A stretch of DNA of 64,000 nt from Tubulanus polymorphus (lineage: Eukaryota; Animalia; Nemertea): positions 6,174,914 through 6,238,913 of the forward strand of contig NC_134034.1 in the NCBI RefSeq assembly GCF_964204645.1, written 5' to 3'. Of the stretch, positions 14,360 to 26,000 are shown piece after piece. Position 1 is the stretch's first letter; the number at the start of each line of letters is the position of its first letter. Both the position numbers and the translations under genes were made by a program. The notes beneath the pieces are model-generated. The model made no database searches and was not told the origin of the DNA. It saw only the letters and a program-made list of their open reading frames with translations.

Positions 14360-16296
14360 AAGGTTGGCGTGCGCTACTGAACTAACAAAACCGATAAAAT
14401 AAAATCATAAAACAAAGAAAACGACAACCGATATAGCCAATATAGCCAATATAGCCAATATTTTATTACTGCATTAAATGTTTGTATATATCAGAGCCCA
14501 AGAAAGTTTCTAACGAAAGTTATCGGCTCCCCAAGCAAGTTATCAATCCGGTGATAAAAATATGAGCTTGCAAGCCTGCAAGCCTATGATAACTATGATT
14601 ATGGACTATAAGAATCTTAACTTGTTTAGAAAATGAATTGAGTAATATTTTGCCTACTAGAAATGTGCGTGTTTAACATAAGATTAAATGGATTGATCAA
14701 CGAATGTTTTACCGAACAAGAAAGTATTTTGCAAATCGATATATGACGTCAAGCGCAACAGCAACAGTAAATTAATCACGCGTCGTGAGGCCAGGGGGCT
14801 GGTGGAAGCGAGTTCGGGGAGCGATGCTGGACCATAGAAAGCGAGGATGACCCTTTTGACTTATGGGAATTCCCTCGCCGTTCTCGGGGTAACTTATAAC
14901 CCGTGGACTTTGTTCACATGAATAAGGCCCGAGGCTTCCCTGCACCCTTGGTTATATGTCGTTTTATTTGACACAATCTGCGTTCATTTTATTCACTGAA
15001 TTTGTTTTGGCTACCGGGGGTGGACTTTTGCCTCAGGTTGAACTTGTGGTAGCCTACCATCAAGCAACGGCTGTCCTCTCCTTCCTCCTTTTTTTATTGA
15101 TGAGTTTTGGGAATAGAAAAGAGGAATTACTCGGATAGACAGTCGCCCTATTCGGTCATCTGGGTCCTTACATATTCCATTGGAAAGCGAGTCATTTCCT
15201 CCCAATACTCTACAGAGGGCGAGTAGGAGGGGAGTTGGTGTAACTGGGCAAACGGATAATTTCTATGTGACATCAGCGACATCAGTGTAATCTGCCACTG
15301 CATATTTTGCCAAGAAGCTTCCTGGATGACGAGTCCGTATTGTGGCGGGATGGCCTGGGCCCTCTCGTTTCCCAAATGGTTTGTGTTGATTCTCACGGTT
15401 CATTGCAAAAGTGCTACGCCAACGAAAGAATCGCATAATTTACAAATATTTGCATAAAAAATCGATTAGCCAGTTCTTTTGAATTACTAATGCGCTCCGG
15501 GAGAGCTGAAGCCATACCACTCCATTCATCATTGATCGACAACTTACTCTGATTGGCATAGACCGCTAGCCTACCGCGATGATAGGATGCAGTCGCTTCC
15601 TGCAACACATATTCAGTCCGATTGGCCGAATAAGTCTGTTTTTCGACGTAAAATTTGGATGATATCCACTTCCGTCCGTGGCTATGTAAATACGCATAGC
15701 AGCCTGGATATTTGGTCTAAACCATGGTCACGAAGTTTATCAGTAGTAAAGTTTTTAGTCTTTTTTGGCTTTAGATAATCCAAGATTGACGTCATCTTTC
15801 CATCGTAGTCATTCGCTAGATAATAAACAGTCCCATTCTGTACTTCTCGAAAGATATGTTGCGAACTGCTTCCAGTAACGAATCCTTATCTACCGCTCGA
15901 ATGCTCCTCGTAGCACGTTCTACCTTCGACTGAAACGGTTTGGAAAACATTGACCTAGTTTAAAACAGAACTGTTATCCGACGATTGAATCTCTAATATT
16001 TAGCAATGCCATGCCATATATACCATACACCAGGTTCAAAACCAAACCTTCCAAGATCCTTTTTATGTTTAGAGCTTTTCATTTTTTGATATCTCTATGA
16101 CTTCATTATTCCAATTTCATACAAATGATTTAGACGTGATTAAAAAGATGTTCATGTTGAAAAACTATAAAATCATATCCAACCGTGAGCGCTGTCCTAA
16201 GCAACATTGCAGTGTTTCGAGAATATCATTACTTTTTTAAAGAATTTAGCGCACACCTTTCCAAAAATTTCCATTGTGGATCCAGTTAAATGAAAA

Positions 16297-16591
16297 CTAA
16301 GCAAATAACTTGTACAAACTAAACGTCATAAAACCCAATGCCCCTGTCAATGTTCCTGTTAATAAAAACACCACAGTTCGTACTTTCCAGTGAGCCCGTG
16401 AGCTACGTAATTTTGCAAAAACATTATCTACTTCAACCTCAAGAGCTTCCTTAGTAGAAGAATTGTCGATGACAATTGTAGCCTTTCGACATTTATCCGC
16501 TAGCGGGAGCTGGGATTGTATTCGCTGACAAGCCTCAGTCTCAGTAAGTTGATTTCGCACTTTTAATCGGGAATATTGCTGTTGTTCATAG
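16297..16591 (-). CDS. DCAKD: DCAKD coding exon 4 (YEQQQYSRLKVRNQL...RIQSQLPL..K...A..VIDN...hydrophobic C-tail, stop)
   Basis: TTTTTCAG acceptor; 295 nt to TAG. The four exons sum to 699 nt = 232 aa + stop. The hydrophobic C-terminal tail is typical of DCAKD. Confidence 0.95.
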
Positions 16592-18468
16592 CTGAAAAAT
16601 ATTTAGATATCAAGAAATTCAATATCCTACCTCAATGGTAATTTGCGGTCAGTAGTAACTACAGTAGAACCCGCATACATCGGTTCCACATAGCTCGAAA
16701 TATCGGTTTGCTCAGACAGAAGTTTAAGCATTTTTTTAAATAATTCATTCTCAAATAAATTTCTTTGTCTAGCTCGGAATTCTATACCGCGAAAAATGGC
16801 ACACCTCGGAACATTTTTTAAAAGAGTTTGACGAAAATATCGCATACTAAATGGCCAGCGGCCACCAGCCTATATATCTAGCCAATCAGATGTGTGGTAA
16901 TAATATAATGAATCTGCCGGTGAAAAATATCGCATCCGATGGACTTAATATCTAGACTGGTGGCCGTGTTTCTGAAATACAACAGGAACGAAGGCAGAGA
17001 AATGTTTGGGCTGAAAGAGTTGGCGGGGAGGACGCTGAATAATAGCGATTATTCTACTTGATTTCACTTTTGCTGTCAGGACACCACAGTATTGAGGAAT
17101 CCCGCTTTTGTTGTGGTAACAGAAGTAAGTGCACTCGTAAATTTCGGGGATTGTATCAGTTGGACTGCATAGTCTGTACACAGGAGAATATACAAAAATA
17201 GTTCATGAAAGACATATAGAAGTACGTAAGAAAATATTTTGTTGAAAGTGGTTTATTCGTGTTCATAGTTTTGTAGGCTTACGGAATACTTTCAACCATT
17301 TGAAAGAATAGAAAATTATATTCCCTATCGTACAGCTCGGAAATCGTTTACCTCTGAACAATTTAGGTAGTCCCGAGTATCCCGAGGTATGTATGTATGT
17401 ATATTTATTGTATTATTGTATCATGTGTTAGAAGTCTTCTATGTTTCAACACAACCCAGCCCTCAATGGGCTTATAAGTCACCAATACTTATTATAATTA
17501 CTTATAAATAGGTTCAAGTGGCACTGAAAGTACATGAACTCCTTTTACTCCAACATTGTTCAATAAAAGTTGCTAATTTGATAGTAAGCCATTGATATTT
17601 GAAACTGTCGTTGTTTTGTTAGCTTGGAAGTCATGCACCTCCTGTGACATATTTACAAAAAGTTTGTACACTTGTACCGTTCTTGTTCGTATTTCTTACG
17701 TTTGACATAAAAAAGTGAAAGTATGCGGAGTCTACTGTATAAGTTAACCATTATGGAAATATAAATAATTCAACTTAAGTGGCCCGTATGCCTGCGCTAT
17801 ATCAGAATCAAAATAACCATCTGAAGTAAATCCCACCATAACAATACATACACATTTAAATTTGGAAGATCAAATTTTGATCTATGATAAATGTTTATTT
17901 GAATGTGAGTTTTATCAAAGGTTTTTAAAGACTATAGTCTTCGTGAATATTGGGTAAATATCGTCAATTCACTACGTTCAAAGGGACAATCAATGATGTC
18001 CACTACCTTATAAAAGTTCATCATAAATAGGACCCTTCAATGTGAACTAGTATTTCAACTTATGTCTAGTTAATATGTCGATGATAGTACATATTGAATA
18101 TCAATTGTCAGGCCGTAAATTGTCATGCGGATATACGAACAAAATATTTACAAGAACAGTTAAGGCCTAAAATTTGAACGTGGAAATAATAGGGCATGGC
18201 ATATCATCTAGCTACACGCGCCCAAGGTATTCATGCTCTGCTGTTTTTGTAGATGCGGTTGGTTATGACACCACCATATATTCTCTCGAAAGTTTCGCCG
18301 ACCAATCATAACAAAATATACAGCAGCCTGGTAATCGTTTAAAGAATTCTTCTTGATTTTATAAAGATTGAGAAATCCGGATTGGGTGTACGGTTCTTTA
18401 ACCCATGATTCCACTATTAGTAGCCAAGAATGCAAGACACGAAAGTGTCTAATACATAATGTACTTAC

Positions 18469-18556
18469 CAATAAACGACGATTATTTCGGTTAAGTAAGG
18501 TAAAGTGACTGCCGATTCAAATAATAATGGTAGATCAAGAATGACAAACTGTTCTC
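18469..18556 (-). CDS. DCAKD: DCAKD coding exon 3 (EQFVILDLPLLFESAVTLPYLTEIIVVY)
   Basis: TTTATAG acceptor and GTAAGT donor; 88 nt. D(L)PLLFE CoaE motif. Not in the supplied ORF track. Confidence 0.95.
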
Positions 18557-18769
18557 CTATAAATCATATACAAAGACATCTTGAATTAAATTGTATTCAT
18601 ATATTTTTCTATCAATTACACTGATCCAACCATTTGATGTATACTATACGCCCTAACGTATAGATAAACTTGGACAACCATGCCTACTTGGTGAAATGCT
18701 TGACATTCATACAGTCCTCAATATATTCAAGTTATCTTTTTATCTATCAGAGTGAAATACCTGGATATA

Positions 18770-19020
18770 ACCGCCCCGAATTACCTATAGCAAGAACCAG
18801 AATGTCCAGCCTTCATTTATTAATTGAAACGGGAAGATAGCAAAGGCCTTCACTCGCACGAGGTGACAGAAAATGTAGGTTTTGTAACCACAACGGCTAA
18901 AAAGATGATCATTTAGCAATCAAATGTCCTCGTTTTGACGATATCAGAAAGCAGTATATCAAATCTTACCATACGCTATCCATCAGTTACTTAAAGACAT
19001 ACAACTTCTCAATATTAACA
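18770..19020 (+). mobile_element. Decayed RTE-X-like LINE C-terminal fragment
   Basis: RMSSLHLLIETGR*...DRKCRFC...HLAIKCPRFDDIRKQYI, with a stop and a frameshift. Confidence 0.65.
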
Positions 19021-19192
19021 ATAGGTATGAAATTTGTTTTTTTTAGTTTCCTCACATAATTACTACAATGGATTGTATGGGGAAGCAAGCTAACGGATTG
19101 TGTCAGCCCATGGACTCTCCAAACGAATTCGTTTTAGAGTCCATCGTCAACCATAGTATATCTGAAATTGTGAATTCTGTTATGAATAATAT

Positions 19193-19338
19193 TGACGACG
19201 ACGACGACGATAACGATAATAATGATAATGATAATGATAATAATTAATGATAATAATTAATGATAATTATAATAATTAATGATAATGATAATGATAATTA
19301 TAATTATAATGATAATTATAATTATAATTATAATTATA
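19193..19338. repeat. Compound (GAC)n/(GAT/AAT)n low-complexity repeat
   Basis: Read directly from the sequence. Confidence 0.9.
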
Positions 19339-19526
19339 AATACAATACTGAATGATCATGACTGCAATCGTAGAACTTGTCATGAACTAGAATTTAGCAA
19401 TTGATTGTCGTTAGAAAATATGCATGTACCAATATATAAACAAGCAGCCTGTCGGGTGATACTACCGATTAATATTTAGTACTCTATTTCAAAATAGGTT
19501 TATACTTACTAAACTGTTGAGAAAAA

Positions 19527-19785
19527 ACTAGGGTCCAGGGACACCATGCCCACTTGGGAAGTGGTTTCAAATGCTCAACAATCTAACAATTTCAATATTC
19601 AACGCCCCCTGGTGACCATATATAAAACCAATAACCTTGAAACTCACCACAATCATAGAACATTTCAGCAGCTACGTCATGAACTACAACTTTGGAATTA
19701 ATCATGGTAACAAAATATGCCTAGGTACCAATATAATAAGGAAATACTAAGTTATTCTACTATTCAACGCCCCCTGGTGACCATA
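19527..19785 (-). mobile_element. Helentron family A, 3'-terminal fragment (2 CTCF-motif units) in DCAKD intron 2
   Basis: Reverse complement of the family 3' end (ACTAGGGTCCAGGGACACCATGCCCACTTGGGAAGTGG...). Confidence 0.85.
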
Positions 19786-20005
19786 ACGTGAAGTATAATG
19801 TAGTAACGTGAAGGATCAACTCATAACGTGAAGGATAATGTCATGACGTGAAGGATCCTTCACGTCATGACATTATCCTTCACGTCATGACATTTTCCTT
19901 CACGTTATGAGTTGATCCTTCACGTTACTACATTATACTTCACGTTATGGGTTTATCCTTCACGTGATGACTTTAGCGTCTGTTAGGCGGGGATGGCCGC
20001 CCATA
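19782..20005. mobile_element. Foldback copy of the IS3EU-like family, left end truncated
   Basis: Near-perfect palindrome centred on GGATCC (~19853-19858); right terminus GATGGCCGCCCATA. Confidence 0.8.
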
Positions 20006-20526
20006 CGAGTGGGCTAATGAAGCAACATTTTCTGGGGACACGGTGATTTGAAGTACTGAAGGGATTTCATTCGTTGCCACCCAAATATATAAGAAGCAGT
20101 GAAAATTGCTCCCCATTTATAATTGTAAAAAATTTACGCGCACTTTAGGTGGCATATATGCCACCTGCCAATTTATAAATTGCACCTCTAAGTTCCACTG
20201 TCCTTTCATGAAAATCCACCCTCCCATGACAGGGTTGGCTACGGGCTTGATCTTGAATCGATCGTGCCTGTTTAGGGATGTGTACGTAGCAGATAAATAA
20301 ACCAAATAAAGACAATATGCAAAGACATAAAACGAGTATCAAGACAGTCCATTGAAGCGTCTACGAAACTTAATAAATGGTTTCCCTACGGACGAATGGA
20401 CAGATGGACGACTGATGAAAAGCGCACACAATTAGCTCGCTGGAGTTTCAGTCCAAAGTGGGGTAAAATTGTCTTTGTAAAGCTGATTTCCATGGTTCAT
20501 ACGTATATTGAACTTGCTGATCTCAC

Positions 20527-20730
20527 CTCTGAATAAATGGATTATAATTTTCCATAACATCGCTTTATATATCTCGGGATGCGTAATGCGATTTAATAGT
20601 TTACGTTCTTGTTCGTCTGAGAAGATCAGCTCTCCTAATTTAGAGCGATCTATGGTTCTATCAGATCTCAGGATCTGGCGACCAAAATGCTGAACGATCT
20701 TTCTGTAAGCTTTGGTGCCGGGTTCAACAA
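20527..20730 (-). CDS. DCAKD: DCAKD coding exon 2 (VVEPGTKAYRKIVQHFG...LNRITHPEIYKAMLWKIIIHLFRG)
   Basis: TTTCTAG acceptor and GTGAG donor; 204 nt. IDRxKLG and L(N)xITHP motifs of CoaE; phase compatible with neighbours. Confidence 0.96.
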
Positions 20731-22119
20731 CTAGAAATAAACAACAGACACCGCATAACACCATCAATTACTAAAAACCTTTAAGTAGAAAATGCTTACA
20801 TAGTATAATTAGTGGTAGCCAAGGACCAGGCCTATTCAAGAAGCACCCGTAAGTTACGTGTCACGTAAGATTTACGGGTGAGCTTGTCTGACTTGATTCT
20901 TACGAAAATACCCATAAGTCTGCACTTAAAGTTCACGCTCGCACCAGCACCAGCACAGCAGATATTAAACATAGGCAAGGCGTCTGATCGTATGAATCAG
21001 ACAACGTTTCCTACCTTCGAGTACGTCAAACCATTTACTGGTACAATGCTCAAATTCAAGAAATGTTACAAGTTGGGTTGATAAATAATCAAATAAAGTA
21101 TGTACCGTACCCCAGAAACACAGGTCTCATCCATTGATAAATGGATTAGAGCACATAAACCGGTATCATACTAATCATTATAGTTATTATCATTATTATC
21201 ATTGTTATCAATTTTATTATTCAATCATACAATTTCATAATATTTATTATCAACTAATTGACATAAGACCTAGTTACGTATTGATCTCTTGGGCCCCCTC
21301 CCAATCATTTGGTACAGTCTTAAGACTTGGAGTTGTCAATAAATTATATTTTGTCAATGTTATATATTGTAATTATGTACATGATTTGATATTTATTGAG
21401 AACTATAATTCATATTCATATCACTAGGACTTGAATATTTAGCCTCACAGACCTTATGAGTCTGATGATAAAGAAATACCGTAATCAAAACGAATTATAA
21501 TGCAGGTGGTGCAAGTAACTGAATTTTGCAGCTTATTTGAAAAGATTCATTCCATTTCTCGAACCCTGACAGATACACCATGAGATGATGATATTCAAAT
21601 ACCGGTATACAGAACACTGGATACCAGTTAGGCTACTGAGGGAGGCAAAGATTCGGCAATAATCCGCATAAAGTACCGCTAGTGGGACCGCGCTTCAATA
21701 GCTTCAACATATTTCAATTAAATCCGAGTCAATTTTCCCATTTGTAAATAATCTTTTTAGTGAAATAAATACCATACACTGAATGAGAAATGAAATCTGA
21801 TGATATCTGATTACCAGTATTCGTTTTGTAATTTGATAATTTTTATACGTATATTTACAAAGCAACACTAACGTCATATATAAGATATTCTTTTTATATA
21901 TATAGTACCAGGGATACTGGATGATCTAAGCTACAGTTCACCCCCAAACTTCAAAAACGAGCCCCTGGGCATCTAAGCCGGTATCCTCAATAGTCGTCTT
22001 AAGTCTTGAGGTATCCCATTACGTACCGTGGCATACAACTTATTTGAATTCAGCGGGTCAACAATTGTGCTGCCATCTAAATATAATGGTCCGAACTACC
22101 AGGTATGGAGACTAGTTAC

Positions 22120-22231
22120 CTTCTCGTGCAATTTTATCAGCATCTATGATCTTACATCCCTTATCATGTAGTAGCCTTGCAACACAAGATTTTCCGGTCG
22201 CTATACCTCCAGTTAGTCCTACCAAAAACAT
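22120..22231 (-). CDS. DCAKD: Dephospho-CoA kinase domain-containing protein, coding exon 1 ([37 protein letters not shown])
   Basis: ATG at 22231. CoaE P-loop [11 protein letters not shown] and IDAD motif. GTAAC donor after 22120; 112 nt, phase 1. Confidence 0.96.
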
Positions 22232-22905
22232 GGTCATAGAACTGCATTTAATCACATTTATCGACAAATCTGCTTCCGTGATTCAGGTGATTGTTAGCAG
22301 ATGGCGCTTCGGAGCAATCCGCGCGCAGATATTGACCTAACAGTCACATCGCCTGACTTGGGTCATTCCTCTTTTATCGTTCATTAATGATATAGAAAAC
22401 GTCTTTCTACGGCGGAACTTCGTTTATGAAGGCTCTACCTGGGGCAATACAATATCATTCAATCGGAGAATTCGTACATGTAGTATATAACCATGCAATC
22501 CAGAACATGCCAAGTTGCATTCCTCGCCCGCCCTATTTGGAGAGATCGTTGGTCCTTTGCTGTCAGGTCTATATGTACACGATTCTGAATAATTAAAATA
22601 TAAGAGATAAAATTGAATAGATTTTTTTTCAAATATATATATATATCATTCATTTGTTGACCGATAACTCTCGGCACGATGTAAAAATCCGGTATGTCCG
22701 ATATACGTAGATGATCCACCAGGCGTATTTAATCAACTGCATTGACTGGCCTACGAGTGGAATGAGACGGGCACCGAGAATTTTCAAACCAATCTCGTTC
22801 GGATTCAACTGATTTTATACTACGCTAGCCTAGATGAGATTCGTGTAGAGTAGCCGTGTTCGCCGGGTTTAGAATAACGAGACAAAGGTTAACTATTTAT
22901 TTGAC

Positions 22906-22946
22906 GCACGAGCTTTCGCTACTACTAATCTAACTTCACCAGGTAC
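22906..22946 (-). ncRNA. Hammerhead ribozyme with core substitution (CUGGUGA)
   Basis: GUAC-CUGGUGA-A-GUUA...UAGC-GAAA-GC-UC-GUGC followed by AATAAA; A6G relative to the consensus core. Confidence 0.6.
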
Positions 22947-23043
22947 TCGTCTCGTTAGTAATTTGTACTATACATGTGTAATGTATGTGGCCGAGATGTA
23001 CGACGAGTCACGTAATGGGCCGTCTCGCAATAGGTTCGGTTCC

Positions 23044-26000
23044 CATTATGAGAATGCCGGTTTGCTAGCGTATCTCTTTAACACCCGTATTGCTCGGGTT
23101 AGTTTTACTATCAACGGGTGGCGCTGTGTGTAAATTTCACATAAATCAACGACTTTCGGCTATTAGCGGTACTTAAGACCACTTGAAAACATCATAGTCA
23201 ATTACGGTAGTAGTGAACAATAAAAAGATACAGTACAAATATACAGTACGGTGTACAGTTAAGGACATGATTCCATAGGACCCATACCAGAGACATTTTG
23301 TTCAGACAAGGACTATTAGTTAAACACTAATCTTCATTATCAGCAATTAACGATCTGGTGAATTAATTAGTGATTCGGTCTTTCGGTGGTTCGAGATAAA
23401 ATGCCCGCAAAATAAGAACCTAACGAACTAGGGCTGACCACAAATTGCCCAACAGATAAATTTTCGAAACGACACAATCCAATCATGTTTGGTAACAAAT
23501 GTGGCGTGGACCATGGTCTTTTAACTGACCAATGCATGACCAGTACTGACCATGTAGTAAATTATTTGTTTGCAAACAATTAAGTTGTTTGGTGTCAAAT
23601 AACTAGATATGATGTGGGCATTAATCTAAAAATTGTTTAACTGACCAATGCTTGACCAGTACTGACCAGTTACCAGTGCTAACCAGAACCCCCATAAGTA
23701 ATTTATATGTTTAGTGAATCCTTCGTTGGTACTACTAGCTCTTACATTTAAATTTGTCGCTTGAAAAAGTCTTGTCCGATTTTTGTTGTAGGTAGCGAGC
23801 TAACTTTGAAATTCCGCTAAAATGCATAAGATTTTTACGTAGGGTTTTGAACGAACAACGTTTCCATTTGTAATTGTAACGTGCGCATTTGAGCCTGTAA
23901 CGTGCACATTTCACTCGCGTGAATGTGCGTATCGGTACCAACATGCGAGACTTGTCAAACTTTTACTATCAAGACTTTTAACCTGAACAAAGAAGATATC
24001 ATATCATATTATATATACATGAATAGATGGAATGATAATGTAGTAGTTTTAAATGTTTCGCAGCTGCTGTCCACTGACCACAGATCAAAGCTAATTGCCT
24101 GATATGAAATATATTTTTGTTATAGAGATGTAGTAGATCAGTGAGAATTCAAACTTATGGTTAATTTTGAGTGATCACAACGCTAACCTATAGAGAAAGC
24201 TGTAAGTCCTAAGAAAATATGCATTAAGTATAACATATCTTTCAATATAATGATGAAGTATTCAACTGGCCATCACAACAATAGTTTGACTTATCTTATT
24301 GAAAAAACCGGAGTGTTAATGGGAAAACCTTGAATTCGAAACAATTCCACACTCAATCGTTTACTTTGAAAACACAATTTGCATTTTGTGGACATGTATT
24401 TTTTTCTGCACCAAAAGCATGAAGTATATTATCTTTGCTTGTAAAAATTTGAAATTTTGGGGAAGATTTTTGGCCTCGTTAACCTGTGAACACGTCCTTC
24501 GTATATTTTCTAAGACCGACCCTTGAAAAAATGCTGAGAGTTCCGAGGATAATTTTGGTAGGATGTAAACTTAGGCTGCTTCGTATCCGTGGAGGGTTGC
24601 TAATACACATTAATCATAAGTACCATGAGATTCGATAGAATATCGTTTTTCAATCATACGTACACGAATTATCGCGATATAAAGATAAATAATATGTTCA
24701 TATACTTTTTACGTCTTATACTGTATATTTCTTTATTAGTATAAATAAAGAGTGGATCAGCAGGCCACCTGAGACCATTCCACGATCTAAGGTCAGTTGC
24801 CAAAAGTTATTAAGTTTACCAGTGGATAGTTAACATTTATAATGACAATTAAATTTTCATTGCTAAAATAACTTTGTACTTGTTGACTCAAAGCAGAGAA
24901 TTGAAAATACGATAATACGATACGAAAACTCAGTGTACAAATTCAAAAAGATTATCTCTAGTGAGAGATCGAACGTTGTGTCGTAATTTTCTAATGATAA
25001 AACATGGTTTGAAATTTGAAATGTGTACATAGTTGATCTTTTTCAATGTATTTAGTCATGTATCATATTGGATGATGGTTAATTTAAACTATCTTTTGAG
25101 AAACGGGTCCCAGAGCTGTATCCTTTACTCCTGTAATAGAGGATGCAATCTATTTGCGACAAACAGCTAGTGCAAATAGCTAGAAAAGGTAACAATAGTG
25201 CATTGGGAAACTGAGAGCAAGCGTACATTGGTTGTTCAGGTTTTTTGAAGGGGAGAATTTGTGGGAAAATTAATCATTACTGAGATATATCCGTGGCGAG
25301 CTTTTCCAGGGATTTAAAAAGTTGAGCTGTACACAAGGAAATTTTTGTAGTCCAATATCCGTGATTACCTCTGGCGTGGAGAGATACAATCTAAAACCAA
25401 CCCTAGAATCAAATATTTTACCACAATTTTTTATGATCAATAAAAATATTGAGTAATAGACATTCAAACAGTATTATCTAAATTCCACTCCATTTTAAAC
25501 TCATTCATCTCTTCACAAACTCCAACTTGTTGAACAGTCCACATTAAAATTAGGGACCACTATTCTTGCTCATCTACACACTGGCTACCAATCTAACAAA
25601 GGATTAAATTTGAGTGTTTGATGTTATAACAATACCAGACTGAGTTATGGATTCGGTTTCTACTTTTTGATTAAATATTCATATCACATATTGGGCATCA
25701 TTTTTACCAGTATTTATGGAATAACCTATCCATATATCATGTTCAATTTTATATAATCTGACTTTTGAGATGTCATTCAATCAATGCATTCACATGCGGT
25801 CGTCGCTTTCAATAGCCACCACGGACTGGCTCATTATTATTTCTTTGGCGATACCATTGGCGGACGATCCCACACGTTTCTTGCTCCAGCCCTAGAATGC
25901 TCAATATTCGTCATGAACCCCGATTTGAATTTAAATTCAAAATACTCCTAAAACACACCTGTTAACTAGATTACTCTAAAACACCTTTATGTGCAAGAAT

